Positions 42,636 through 52,696 are shown, counted from the stretch's first letter. The stretch is DNA of 64,000 nucleotides from Spirochaetaceae bacterium (GCA_051531975.1 JAOPTT010000004.1:1-64000); one strand, 5' to 3'. Program-made: numbers and translations. The notes: generated from the letters alone by a model not told the origin.

Positions 42636-43118
42636 ATGAGTATTTGCCCATGTGGTAGTGGAAAAGAGTTAGATGTTTGTTGTGAACCATATATTTCAGG
42701 TTCAGTTAAGGCTCCTACAGCAGAAGCATTAATGAGATCAAGATATACTGCATATAGTTTGGTTAAAGTAGATTATATTTTAAAAACACACGATTCTAAA
42801 ACTAGGGATCAAATTTCTAAAGATGAAACTAAAAAATGGGCTGAAAGCTCTGAGTGGTTAGGTCTTGAAGTTGTCCAGATAGTGAAAGGTTCTGAAAAGG
42901 ATTCCGATGGAATGGTTGAGTTTAAAGCTATATATAAACAAAATGGTATTAAGCATACACATCATGAAGAAGCAAAGTTTGTGAAAAAACGTGGCTCTTG
43001 GTTTTTTGAAGACTGTAAGATTGTAAATAAACCAGTGGTAAGAGAAGGTGCCAAGGTTGGAAGGAATGATCCTTGTCCTTGTGGTAGTGGTAAGAAATAT
43101 AAAAAATGCTGTGCATAA
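42636..43118 (+). CDS. ychJ: YchJ-family protein with N- and C-terminal SEC-C metal-binding motifs
   Basis: [39 protein letters not shown] 42636 follows AAGGAG. Confidence 0.88.
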   Translation: MSICPCGSGKELDVCCEPYISGSVKAPTAEALMRSRYTAYSLVKVDYILKTHDSKTRDQISKDETKKWAESSEWLGLEVVQIVKGSEKDSDGMVEFKAIYKQNGIKHTHHEEAKFVKKRGSWFFEDCKIVNKPVVREGAKVGRNDPCPCGSGKKYKKCCA

Positions 43119-43127
43119 TTGTTTAAT

Positions 43128-43159
43128 AAAAAAAGTCACTTTCAAAGTGGCTTTTTTTT
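43128..43159. terminator. Bidirectional-type terminator
   Basis: A7-GTCACTT-tca-AAGTGGC-T8. Confidence 0.85.
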
Positions 43160-43183
43160 ATTAATAACATTACAATAACTAGT

Positions 43184-43642
43184 ATGAAGCTCTATTTATT
43201 AAGACATGGTGATGCTGAACTATTATCAGCTAACGGAGATCGAGGAAGAGTATTAACTGAGATAGGTCAAAAGCAGTCTAGAATTGCTGGGCGTTACTTA
43301 AGGCATATTCATCCTTCAGTAGTTTTAATTTCTACTTATACTAGAGCAAGAGAAACTTTAGAAATAGTAAATAGAGTTGGTGGAAGTTGTTCTTTAAGAG
43401 AGTTTGTATGTTTAGATGTTGCTCCTGGAGGGTCTATAGAAGACCTTATGGTAGAAGTTACAACTTATACAGATGATTCTCTACTTATCGTTGGACATAA
43501 TCCACAACTGTCTGCTCTTATTTATCAAATTACTGGGGAACAAAGAGCTATGGGAAACTGTAGTTTTGCTGAAATAGATTTACTTAGTAATAAACTATTA
43601 AATTTTACAACAGTTGAAGAGATGTCTATATGTACGAGTTAA
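43184..43642 (+). CDS. sixA: Phosphohistidine phosphatase
   Basis: LLRHGDA, RVLTEIG, RARET, VGHNP. Confidence 0.85.
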   Translation: MKLYLLRHGDAELLSANGDRGRVLTEIGQKQSRIAGRYLRHIHPSVVLISTYTRARETLEIVNRVGGSCSLREFVCLDVAPGGSIEDLMVEVTTYTDDSLLIVGHNPQLSALIYQITGEQRAMGNCSFAEIDLLSNKLLNFTTVEEMSICTS

Positions 43643-44127
43643 ATAATAAGGGTGTTGAGCTATCTAAAAATGGAAAATTAGATGAAGCCATATCTGTCTT
43701 TAAAAATGCATTAGATATAAACCCCAATGATGCAAATATAAATTTTAATATTGCGTTGGTTTATATAAAAAAAGACAAATTCAATGAAGCGATTAAATAC
43801 TTAGATATCTCGGTTGAAAAAGACCCAAATGATGATAATTTAAGGGAACTTGGAACTTGTTACATTAGATTAAATAATTTGGAGAAAGCTAGAGAGTCTC
43901 TTGTTAGAGCTGTTACAGAGTATGGTTCAGCAGATTCAGAGAACTCATTAGGAGTACTGTTTTTCAAATTAGAACACTACGATGAAGCTAAGAGGCATTT
44001 TGAACACGCTACAGTTCTTAACCCTGAAAGCAAGGATGCTTGGTATAACCTGGCAGATACTTATTCTGAACTTGGAATGTTTAAAGATTCCAAAGCAGCA
44101 AAATATAAATACGATAAACTTGGATAA
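43630..44127 (+). CDS. TPR protein
   Basis: About four TPR repeats (NNKGV, FNIAL, NSLGV, YNLAD). Confidence 0.85.
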   Translation: MYELNNKGVELSKNGKLDEAISVFKNALDINPNDANINFNIALVYIKKDKFNEAIKYLDISVEKDPNDDNLRELGTCYIRLNNLEKARESLVRAVTEYGSADSENSLGVLFFKLEHYDEAKRHFEHATVLNPESKDAWYNLADTYSELGMFKDSKAAKYKYDKLG

Positions 44128-44130
44128 CAA

Positions 44131-44790
44131 ATGAAATATAAATGCTTAATATTAGATCACGATGATACAGCTGTAGATAGTACTGCAGATATACATTACC
44201 CAGCTCACTTGGAAGTAATGGAAAAACTTAGACCCAACGAAATCGTTATTTCTTTAGATGAGTGGTTTTTAAAGAATTTCCACCCGGGAATTATGGAGTT
44301 TCTTAGAGATGAGTTAAATTTTTCTGAAGAAGAGATTCAAGAAGAATATAGGATATGGCAAGAATATACTGCTAGTAGATCCGCAGACTTTTATCCTGGC
44401 TTTCTGGATGTCATCAGGGAGTTTAAAGAGGCTGGAGGAAGGGTTGCAATTGTTTCTCATTCTATTCAAGATTTCATAGAACGTGATTATGAAAGAGCTG
44501 GAGCTGGAGATATTCCTGAGTTAATATTTGGTTGGCATGTAGATGAAGATAAAAGAAAACCTGCAGCTTATCCTGTTGAAGAAATCCTAAAAGAGTTTGG
44601 ACTACAAAAAGATGAAGCATTAATCTTGGATGATCTTAAACCAGCTGTTTTAATGAGTAAAAATACTGGCGTCGCTGTTGCTGGTGCAGGATGGGGGCAT
44701 CAAATTCCTCAGATTGTTGAATATATGAAAGAAAATTGCCACTTTTATTTTCATAATATTGACGATTTTAGGAAATTATTATTTTCTTAA
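44131..44790 (+). CDS. HAD-superfamily hydrolase
   Basis: DHDDT motif I, KP motif III, LDD motif IV. Confidence 0.85.
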   Translation: MKYKCLILDHDDTAVDSTADIHYPAHLEVMEKLRPNEIVISLDEWFLKNFHPGIMEFLRDELNFSEEEIQEEYRIWQEYTASRSADFYPGFLDVIREFKEAGGRVAIVSHSIQDFIERDYERAGAGDIPELIFGWHVDEDKRKPAAYPVEEILKEFGLQKDEALILDDLKPAVLMSKNTGVAVAGAGWGHQIPQIVEYMKENCHFYFHNIDDFRKLLFS

Positions 44791-44913
44791 CATTGATGAT
44801 TTACAGAAACTTGTATTTTCATAACTTAGATATTATAACGAAGTAAAAGGTTCGCAATAAAACACTAAAAATAGTATACTCTCACAAAATAATGATATAA
44901 AAAAGGAATTTAA

Positions 44914-47721
44914 ATGAAACAATACAGTAAGTTTATTTCTACAATTTTGTTCTGTTTTTTACTACTAAATTGTCAAACTCAATCTAAAAATATCCCTGAA
45001 GTTATTTCAGATCTTTTAGAAATTAACCCAGCTATATTAGAAGGAAAGCTTGATAATGGTTTAAGCTATTTTATTCAAGAAAATGCAAAACCAGAAAATA
45101 GAATAGAATTACGTCTAATTATTAATACGGGTTCTATTCAGGAAAATGAAGAACAAAAAGGTCTTGCACATTTTGTTGAGCATATGGCTTTTAATGGTAC
45201 TAAAAACTTTGAAAAAGACAGACTAATTAAGTATTTAGAGTCTTTAGGTATGGGTTTTGGACCTGAGATAAATGCATATACATCTTTTGATGAAACAGTA
45301 TATCAGTTATCAATACCAGCCGATGACCCTACTGTATTAGCTAATGCCTTTCAGATCTTAGAAGATTGGGCACATCAGATCTCTTTTGAAGATGAAGAAA
45401 TTGAAAAAGAGAGAGGTGTTATCGTTGAGGAGTGGCGTGGAGGTAGAGGTGTTCAAGGTCGTTACATGGATAAACTTCTTCCTGTATTATTACAAGACTC
45501 AAGATATGCAGAGCGGCTAACTATAGGGGATATGGATGTTATAAAAAACTGTGAAACCCATGAGCTCCGGGATTATTATAATGAGTGGTATCGACCTGAA
45601 TTAATGGCAGTTGCTGTTGTAGGAAATATTGAATCTAATAATATAGAATCATTGATTCAAAAACATTTTAATTTTGAAAACAATAACAAAGGTCGTGATA
45701 GAATTTTATATCCTGTCCCTATATTAGACCGTTTAGATGTTATTATTATGGAAGATGAAGAGATGACATATACAGATCTTCTATACATAATAAAAAAACA
45801 GGGATACAAGCTAAAAACTATTGATGATTATAAATTATACATTAACGAATTACTCACAATGTTTATGTTTAATTCTCGGATGGAAGAAATCTACACAAAA
45901 CCTGACTCTCCATTCTTATATGCTGGATCTGGGAATAGTAGTTTTGTTAGAAATGTCTCTATGTTTATGTTTTCGGCACAACTACACGATGACAAAATTG
46001 AAGAAGGTGTCTCTGCAGTTCTGTCTGAGGTAGAGAAAGTAAAGCAAAATGGATTTAACCAGGATGAGTTAGATAGATCAAAATCTCTTATTTCAATGAT
46101 AATGACCAATATGTATAATGAGAGGGAAAACAGTGAATCTTCAGGTTTAATAAGTGAAATAGTTAGGTATTATTTAGAATCTGTACCTGTTATGGATATA
46201 GGTTATGAAAACAGTATCATAAAAGATATTTTGGAACAAATTACTCTTTCAGAAATAAACTCTAAGTCCATAGATCTATTCTCTGGTTCCGATAGGACTC
46301 TTACTGTAAATACTCCAAAAGATAGCAGTAGATCTCTTCCTACTGATAAATCTATTAAAGACCTTTTTATTCAAATATCAAAAAACAATTTTGAAAAAAG
46401 AGAAGTTGATGAAGTTATTGATGTCTTTTTTGATAAAGATCTAAACCCAGGAAATGTTATAAACATGACCCAGGATAAAGAACTTGGTATTACTACTCTA
46501 GAGTTAAATAATGGTGTTATTGTTGTATTAAAACCCACAGACTTTAAATCGGATCAGATAGCATTCTCTGCAGTTAGTTATGGAGGACTATCTTTAGTTG
46601 AAGATGACGAGTTTTATTCAGGTTCTTTTGGCCCCAGCTTAACGCGAATGTCAGGGTTGAATGGTCTTGATTCTATAGAATTGGATAGATTTTTAACAGG
46701 TAAGAATGTAAATGTTTCTCCATGGATTGGAGCGTATTCAGAGGGTTTTTCAGGTGGTTCTAATATTGTAGATAAAGAACTTATGTTCCAGCTATTACAT
46801 CTATATTTTACAAATCCTGAGTTTAGTGAAGATTCTTACCAAGTTCTAATAACGAATGTAGAAAATTATATAGCAAATCGTAATAATTCTCCAAATACCA
46901 TATATTCAGATAAGATCAATGAGATACTTGGCAGTGCCCATTTTAGATCAAAGCCCCTAAGTATGGATTCTTTAAAGGATATAGATTTTGAAGAGATAAA
47001 AGCAGTTTATAAGGAACGGTTTAATAATCCTTCAGACTTTTATTATATTTTTACTGGAAATTTCGAAATTGATGAGATGACATTATTAGTTAATAAATAT
47101 CTAGGTTCATTATCATCAACAAATGAGAGAGAAGAGCCAAAAGATTTAGGTATAAGATATCCAAGAGGAATCATAGAAGAGGTTGTTGTAAAAGGAATAG
47201 AGGAGAAAAGCCGAGTACAAATAATCTATAGTGGTGATTTTAATGGTACACCTGAAGATGAATTTACAATTAGCTTATTATCAAATTATCTTGAAGAGGA
47301 ACTAAGAGTTTTAGTTCGAGAAGAACTAAGTGGAACATATGGTGTTTCTGTATTTTCTAATATTAAACTATATCCTACAAAAGATTATAAAATTGGAATC
47401 TCTTTTGGTTGTGAACCAGGTAGGGAAGAGGAACTCTCTAACGCAGTATTTAATGAATTAGATAAAATAAGAGGTGGATTTATAAATCAAGAAGCTGTAG
47501 ATGCTGTTATTAAAAACTTCTTATTAAATATGGAATTAAGTCTTAAAGATAATGGTTTTTGGTTGAGTCGTTTAACAAGCAAAACACTTTTAGGTCGAGA
47601 TTATAATTCAATTATAGATACTGATACCTCTGCTGTTACTGGAGATAAGTTTATAGAATTAACAAAGAAGTACATTAATAAAGATAACTTTGTTAAAATT
47701 ATTTTAAAACCAGAAAACTAG
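44914..47721 (+). CDS. M16-family zinc peptidase (PqqL-like), probable lipoprotein
   Basis: HFVEH inverzincin motif, NAYTSFDETVY, REELSGTYG; signal peptide ends LLNC. Confidence 0.9.
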   Translation: MKQYSKFISTILFCFLLLNCQTQSKNIPEVISDLLEINPAILEGKLDNGLSYFIQENAKPENRIELRLIINTGSIQENEEQKGLAHFVEHMAFNGTKNFEKDRLIKYLESLGMGFGPEINAYTSFDETVYQLSIPADDPTVLANAFQILEDWAHQISFEDEEIEKERGVIVEEWRGGRGVQGRYMDKLLPVLLQDSRYAERLTIGDMDVIKNCETHELRDYYNEWYRPELMAVAVVGNIESNNIESLIQKHFNFENNNKGRDRILYPVPILDRLDVIIMEDEEMTYTDLLYIIKKQGYKLKTIDDYKLYINELLTMFMFNSRMEEIYTKPDSPFLYAGSGNSSFVRNVSMFMFSAQLHDDKIEEGVSAVLSEVEKVKQNGFNQDELDRSKSLISMIMTNMYNERENSESSGLISEIVRYYLESVPVMDIGYENSIIKDILEQITLSEINSKSIDLFSGSDRTLTVNTPKDSSRSLPTDKSIKDLFIQISKNNFEKREVDEVIDVFFDKDLNPGNVINMTQDKELGITTLELNNGVIVVLKPTDFKSDQIAFSAVSYGGLSLVEDDEFYSGSFGPSLTRMSGLNGLDSIELDRFLTGKNVNVSPWIGAYSEGFSGGSNIVDKELMFQLLHLYFTNPEFSEDSYQVLITNVENYIANRNNSPNTIYSDKINEILGSAHFRSKPLSMDSLKDIDFEEIKAVYKERFNNPSDFYYIFTGNFEIDEMTLLVNKYLGSLSSTNEREEPKDLGIRYPRGIIEEVVVKGIEEKSRVQIIYSGDFNGTPEDEFTISLLSNYLEEELRVLVREELSGTYGVSVFSNIKLYPTKDYKIGISFGCEPGREEELSNAVFNELDKIRGGFINQEAVDAVIKNFLLNMELSLKDNGFWLSRLTSKTLLGRDYNSIIDTDTSAVTGDKFIELTKKYINKDNFVKIILKPEN

Positions 47722-47723
47722 TA

Positions 47724-47756
47724 TTGACAAACCACTATACCAAACGGTATAGTGGT
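47724..47756 (+). promoter_or_regulatory. tetR promoter overlapped by a perfect 11-4-11 operator
   Basis: TTGACA (47724)-18 nt-TATAGT (47748); ACCACTATACC-aaac-GGTATAGTGGT. Confidence 0.8.
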
Positions 47757-47759
47757 GAA

Positions 47760-48326
47760 ATGAGTAAGAGAGAAGATATGTTAAAGTCAGCACTTGTTCT
47801 ATTTGCAAATGAAGGATACGAGAATGTTGGTATTCAAAAAATTGTAGATTCAGTCCAGGTAAAAAAACCGACACTTTACCATTATTTTGGGAGTAAACAA
47901 GGGCTATTGATAACTCTGTTAGATGACTATTATACAATATTTTTTAATAACTTAGTCACAACTGCAAATTATAACGGTGACATTGTTTTAACTTTAGAAA
48001 GTATTGTTAAGCTATATTATCAAGTCGCTATTAACTCTCCAGAATATTATAGGTTTTTGCTTTCATTAAAATACTCTTCATCATTAAGTGAAGCTAGTAA
48101 CACCGTTCTTCCATATATGGATAAAGAATTTAATATTTTAGAGCAGTTGTTCAAAAGTGCAGAGAGTGACCATGGAAATATGAAAGGTAGGAGCAATAAT
48201 TTTGCGATTACATTTCAGGGAATGATAAATTCCTATATTACTAGTTATCTAAATGGGAAAAATAGTTTAAAAGATGAAGATGTACATCAGGCTTGTAGAC
48301 AATTTATGTATGGAATATTTTCATAA
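47760..48326 (+). CDS. TetR/AcrR-family transcriptional regulator
   Basis: ALVLFANEGY...KPTLYHYFGSKQGL; ATG 47760 is probably leaderless. Confidence 0.9.
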   Translation: MSKREDMLKSALVLFANEGYENVGIQKIVDSVQVKKPTLYHYFGSKQGLLITLLDDYYTIFFNNLVTTANYNGDIVLTLESIVKLYYQVAINSPEYYRFLLSLKYSSSLSEASNTVLPYMDKEFNILEQLFKSAESDHGNMKGRSNNFAITFQGMINSYITSYLNGKNSLKDEDVHQACRQFMYGIFS

Positions 48327-48343
48327 TTTTTTTGATCAAGTTA

Positions 48344-48362
48344 TATACCTATTGGTAGGTAT
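48344..48362. promoter_or_regulatory. Second candidate TetR operator, next to the amylase RBS
   Basis: ATACCTA-ttgg-TAGGTAT palindrome; shares the TATACC-N4-GGTA core with the 47731 site. Confidence 0.55.
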
Positions 48363-48374
48363 GGAGGAGTTAAT

Positions 48375-49733
48375 ATGGACAATCTTTGGTACAAAGAGTC
48401 AGTTTTTTATCACATTTACCCACTTGGTTTTTGTGGAGCACCAAATGAAAATGATTACAGTAAAGAGCCTGTAGAGCGATTATATAAAATTTGCGATTGG
48501 ATACCACATCTAAAAAGCATGGGTATTAACGCCCTTTATTTAGGCCCACTATTTGAATCGCAAAGTCATGGTTATGATACAACTGACTATTATAAAGTAG
48601 ATCAAAGATTGGGGACAAACCAGACATTAATAAATGTTATTAAAGAACTACATATTAACGGTATAAAAGTTGTATTAGATGGAGTCTTTAATCATGTAAG
48701 TCGTGATTTTTTTGGATTCAAAGATCTATTAAAAAATAGGGATAACTCGATATATAAAGAGTGGTTTACTGATATAGATTTTAATAACAGTAGTCCATAT
48801 AATGACTCTTTTTCATATGGATGTTGGAGTGGCCATTATAATTTACCTCGATTAAATCTAAGAAATGAGAATGTAGAAAGTCATATCTTTGATGCAATAA
48901 CTATGTGGGTAGAGGAATTTAATATTGATGGTTTAAGGTTAGATGTTGCCGATGTTTTAGATTTCGACTTTATGAGGGAACTATCAACATTTACTAATAC
49001 AGTAAAAAAGGACTTCTGGTTAATGGGGGAAGTTATTCATGGAGACTATTCTAATTGGGTAAAACCTGAGATCTTAGATTCTACAACAAACTATGAGTGT
49101 TATAAGGGTATGTTCTCAAGCTTTAATGATAATAATTTTTTTGAAATTGCCCACTCTTTAAAACGACTTTTTGATGTTGAATCAGGAGTTTATAAAGATC
49201 TGAATCTTTACAATTTTATTGATAATCACGATGTTAATAGAATCGCATCTACACTAAAGGATAAGGGTCATATTTTTCCTCTACATATTTTAATGTATTC
49301 AATCCCAGGATTACCATCTATATATTATGGAAGTGAGTGGATGATAGATGGTGTAAAAGAGGGGACTTCAGACTCTATTGTACGACCAGAGTTGGATCTA
49401 GATTATATGAATAACAGTAATTCTTCGGATTTAATCGATACAATTTCAAGACTTAGTCATATTTGGAAAAAATATCCTGCATTAAAGTTTGGCTCTTACA
49501 AGGAAATTCAAGTTAACTCAGAGCAGATAGTTTTTTCACGAGAATTTGATGGAGAGCAGATACTAATTGTCATTAACTCGTTACATCACCCCGTAACATT
49601 AGAAATTGATTTAGATAGTTCTAAAATTAAAGTAACAGATCTATTAAATAGTGGGTTTGAAAAAAGTATAGATGATGGGCAATTGATGGTAGAAATTCCT
49701 GGATGCTGGGGAAGAATACTTAAAACATATTGA
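48375..49733 (+). CDS. GH13 cyclomaltodextrinase/neopullulanase-like glycosidase
   Basis: HGYDT, DGVFNH, GLRLDVAD, GEVIH, FIDNHD. Confidence 0.9.
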   Translation: MDNLWYKESVFYHIYPLGFCGAPNENDYSKEPVERLYKICDWIPHLKSMGINALYLGPLFESQSHGYDTTDYYKVDQRLGTNQTLINVIKELHINGIKVVLDGVFNHVSRDFFGFKDLLKNRDNSIYKEWFTDIDFNNSSPYNDSFSYGCWSGHYNLPRLNLRNENVESHIFDAITMWVEEFNIDGLRLDVADVLDFDFMRELSTFTNTVKKDFWLMGEVIHGDYSNWVKPEILDSTTNYECYKGMFSSFNDNNFFEIAHSLKRLFDVESGVYKDLNLYNFIDNHDVNRIASTLKDKGHIFPLHILMYSIPGLPSIYYGSEWMIDGVKEGTSDSIVRPELDLDYMNNSNSSDLIDTISRLSHIWKKYPALKFGSYKEIQVNSEQIVFSREFDGEQILIVINSLHHPVTLEIDLDSSKIKVTDLLNSGFEKSIDDGQLMVEIPGCWGRILKTY

Positions 49734-49779
49734 CATAGAGATCAAACTAAATGAACATTAGGGTATTAAGGAGAATTTT

Positions 49780-50382
49780 ATGAAAAAAGTAATTGTTGCA
49801 ATACTGTTTATTTTAACAGGTATATCTACATTAACTGCAGGAACTAATGGTAATAATTCATGGTACGGAGTAGTTAATGTTGGAACTGGTGGTATAATTC
49901 AAAAGGGTGGAGATGATGATCTAATATCAAGGGATGATGCTGACGTTAGTCATTCTACACTTATGGTCGATGTTGGACTTTACGGTGTTGTAAGCCATGG
50001 GACACTTTTTGGTCTTAATGCTAACTTTGCCAATGACATTAATACCTTTGAAGATACAGAAGATCTAATTTATCATCATACTTTATTAGCATTAAGTGGA
50101 ATACATTATTTTGATGGGGAAACTGGTACTGGCTTTTTTGTTAGAGCTGATGTAGGGGCCTCACTTTTATCATATGAAATATTTAGTGATACTGAAAATG
50201 TTTCAGACTGGGGATTTGGAGTTCTTGTTGGTGGTGGTTTTGCAATAAATCTAGGAGAGGTTAGTGTTACAATTAATGGTAATTACGCTTATAGAGGTAT
50301 TGATCATAATGGAGATACAAACTTAGCAAATGCTAATTATGATGCTAATGTTTTTACTTTCGCACTAGGTCTGTTATATTAG
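49780..50382 (+). CDS. Small outer-membrane beta-barrel protein
   Basis: Signal peptide, about 8 amphipathic strands, aromatic C-terminus (FALGLLY). Confidence 0.7.
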   Translation: MKKVIVAILFILTGISTLTAGTNGNNSWYGVVNVGTGGIIQKGGDDDLISRDDADVSHSTLMVDVGLYGVVSHGTLFGLNANFANDINTFEDTEDLIYHHTLLALSGIHYFDGETGTGFFVRADVGASLLSYEIFSDTENVSDWGFGVLVGGGFAINLGEVSVTINGNYAYRGIDHNGDTNLANANYDANVFTFALGLLY

Positions 50383-50399
50383 TATTATTTCAAATTATG

Positions 50400-50464
50400 T
50401 AGCAGTTCGGGATTTTCTACAAACTTTTAAATTGTTTAATAACTTGTAGAAAAGCCGCCTGCTA
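50400..50464. other. Long imperfect inverted repeat between convergent genes
   Basis: TAGCAG/CTGCTA outer arms and TTTTCTACAA/TTGTAGAAAA inner arms. Confidence 0.6.
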
Positions 50465-50529
50465 TTTCCATCTTCAGAAAAATATATTTAATAAATCTGT
50501 TTTCCTTATCTATCTTAAATCGTTAATAA

Positions 50530-51243
50530 TTAATTTTTTGTCCTTACATATATATGAGAATTTGAGGAACCATCATTAAATTGTTCTAATTTTATCTCAA
50601 TATAACTCAATGACATTATTAGTTTACTTAGTTTTGTAAAACCATAATTTCTTGGATCGAAAGAGGGATTGTTTTTATTTATGTATCCACCAACACCTGC
50701 TAATGTTGCCCATCCATCCTCTTTTGAAACAGCCTCAACGGCATGCTCGACAATTTCTCTATTTATATTATTTAGGTTCTTCTTGTTATTCTTGACATCT
50801 TTTTTCCTAAGTATTTCTGTATAAACAAATTTATCACATGCTGATACAAATGGTTCAGGTGTCTTCTCTTCACCAAATCCAAATACTGTTAGTCCTGATT
50901 CTCTAATTCTAGTGGCCAATCTAGTAAAGTCACTATCGGATGAGACCAGACAGAAGCCATCTAGCCTGCCTTCGTGTAATAGATCCATAGCGTCAATAAT
51001 TAAAGATGAATCAGTTGAGTTTTTACCTTGAGTATAACTAAACTGCTGAATTGGTTGTATCGCATGTTTTAGAAGGTGGCTTTTCCAACCTTTTAAGTTT
51101 GTAGTAGTCCAGTCCCCATATGCTCTTTTAACACTTGCTATACCAAATTTAGCAATTTCCCCAAGTAGTTCTGCACAAATTGAAGCTTGCGCATTATCAG
51201 CATCAATTAGTACTGCAAGTTTAAGTGTATCATTTTCTGACAT
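50530..51243 (-). CDS. NYN-domain (LabA/DUF88, PIN-like) protein with C-terminal OST-HTH/LOTUS
   Basis: LIDADN, RAYGDW, KNSTD...IDAMD, VSSDSDF, FDPRNYGFTKL. Confidence 0.9.
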   Translation of the reverse strand: MSENDTLKLAVLIDADNAQASICAELLGEIAKFGIASVKRAYGDWTTTNLKGWKSHLLKHAIQPIQQFSYTQGKNSTDSSLIIDAMDLLHEGRLDGFCLVSSDSDFTRLATRIRESGLTVFGFGEEKTPEPFVSACDKFVYTEILRKKDVKNNKKNLNNINREIVEHAVEAVSKEDGWATLAGVGGYINKNNPSFDPRNYGFTKLSKLIMSLSYIEIKLEQFNDGSSNSHIYVRTKN

Positions 51244-51373
51244 TTTTTATACCTTTTTAGTTATTTGTGTTCCATTGTTACACATATAATACTCTGTTTT
51301 TTATCAATTGTATACTTTTGACTCAACCATCAAATAAACGGAGTTCTAAGTAGGTTAATACCTGTTTAAAACT

Positions 51374-51389
51374 TGGCATGTCATTTGCA
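51374..51389 (+). promoter_or_regulatory. sigma54 (-24/-12) promoter of hsp20
   Basis: TGGCATGTCATTTGCA has exact GG-N10-GC spacing and lies about 40 nt before the start codon. Confidence 0.75.
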
Positions 51390-51425
51390 ATACTAGTAGT
51401 GAAAAGAAAATTTATGGAGGGTCAA

Positions 51426-51836
51426 ATGATGACACTAAGATACAGAGATGAAGTAATGGATAATGTTTGGAATAACTATTTTAATGGTGAAAGAGTGGAG
51501 AGATTTTCCCCAGTTTACGATGTTATAGAGACTGATAAAGAGTACGTTCTGAAGTTTGAATTACCAGGAGTAGAAGAGGATTTAGTAGATGTTGAAGTTA
51601 AAGACAGAGAGCTAAAATTAGAAGTTAAACCAGAAGATATTAAAGAGACTAAAGATGATGAAAAAAATAGATTTTTAGTTAAAAGTAGACGTAACAAATC
51701 TTTCACTAAAAATTTTAAGTTACCAGAAGATGTTGACCCAGATACAGTTAAAGCGTCAATGAAAAATGGTATACTTACTCTTCTTATAGATAAAAAAGAG
51801 CAAGTTATTCCTAAAAAAATAGTTGTAAATGGTTAA
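51426..51836 (+). CDS. Hsp20/alpha-crystallin small heat-shock protein
   Basis: [26 protein letters not shown] 51426 follows GGAGGG. Confidence 0.9.
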   Translation: MMTLRYRDEVMDNVWNNYFNGERVERFSPVYDVIETDKEYVLKFELPGVEEDLVDVEVKDRELKLEVKPEDIKETKDDEKNRFLVKSRRNKSFTKNFKLPEDVDPDTVKASMKNGILTLLIDKKEQVIPKKIVVNG

Positions 51837-51869
51837 AACAAATATAATATGGTGCTATTAAGCACTGTA

Positions 51870-52256
51870 TTAAAATAGTGCATCTTCAGGATAATAGATC
51901 GAATCATAACTAGTATATGTATCTACATCTATTTTATATACGTCTGAAGAATCAAAAGCAACAATTACAAAATCAGTTCCTGAGTAATCAGTAAGGTCAA
52001 TAGTTACATATGAATTATTATACAAGGAAGAAGAACCAAGAACATTCGTATAATTAGTATTGTAGTAGCTGTAATATGTTGACCATGAAGAACTTAGTGC
52101 TACATAATCATCTGCTGGAACTACGTATAAGTAATAAATAGTATAACCAGTCTCATTTGTAATCTCCAATGTGTAATCTTCGATAAGGGTTAAGTCACAT
52201 GAAGCAAAAAATGCCATTACTGCTAAAATTGTTAAAAATTTAAATAGTTTATTCAT
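51870..52256 (-). CDS. Small lipoprotein, paralog 1
   Basis: Lipobox FASC; ITNETGYTIYYLYVVP and FVIVAFD shared with its neighbours. Confidence 0.8.
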   Translation of the reverse strand: MNKLFKFLTILAVMAFFASCDLTLIEDYTLEITNETGYTIYYLYVVPADDYVALSSSWSTYYSYYNTNYTNVLGSSSLYNNSYVTIDLTDYSGTDFVIVAFDSSDVYKIDVDTYTSYDSIYYPEDALF

Positions 52257-52364
52257 TTTACATTCCTTCAATCTTTTTTTGGTGTATTTATAAGTTTATT
52301 TCATAAATAACTGGTTGTCTATAATTCATAATAGCTTTATAGCATTCTTCTTGAATTCTTTTAT

Positions 52365-52666
52365 CTGTTTAAAATATGGTACATGTTTTGTAATAACTAT
52401 TTCAATGATACAAGAGTGGAGAAGTCCTCCTCGATTTACGAAATTATAGAGACAGATAAAGAGTATATTAAAGAGACTAAAGAAGATGAAAAAAATAGAT
52501 TCTTAGTTAAAAGTAGACAAACAAGACTTTTTCTAAAAGTTTTAAATTACCAGAAGATGTTGATTCTGATACAGTAAAAGCAGAAATAAAAAATGGTAAA
52601 CTTACTCTTTTAATTGATAAAAAAGAGCAAGTCGTTCCTAAAAAAATAGTTGTTAATGGTAAATAG
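52365..52666 (+). pseudogene. Decayed hsp20 duplicate
   Basis: Aligns by eye to 51362-51836 but lacks the RBS and start, has a 93-nt in-frame deletion and a 1-nt frameshift near 52519. Confidence 0.85.
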
Positions 52667-52671
52667 TTTAA

Positions 52672-52691
52672 AGGGTGCTTTATAGCACCCT
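52672..52691. terminator. Hairpin between the hsp20 pseudogene and lipoprotein 2 (homologous to 51847-51870)
   Basis: AGGGTGCT-ttat-AGCACCCT. Confidence 0.65.
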
Positions 52692-52696
52692 ATTTA

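Noticed and set aside
47724..47759. ORF-track N-terminal extensions (tetR 47724; likewise hsp20 51378 and ychJ 42537)
   Set aside because: They run through promoter, operator or leader elements, and downstream ATGs fit better.
52383..52577. 64-aa ORF as a functional mini-Hsp20
   Set aside because: No RBS, the alpha-crystallin core is deleted and the frame shifts into unrelated sequence; treated as a pseudogene.
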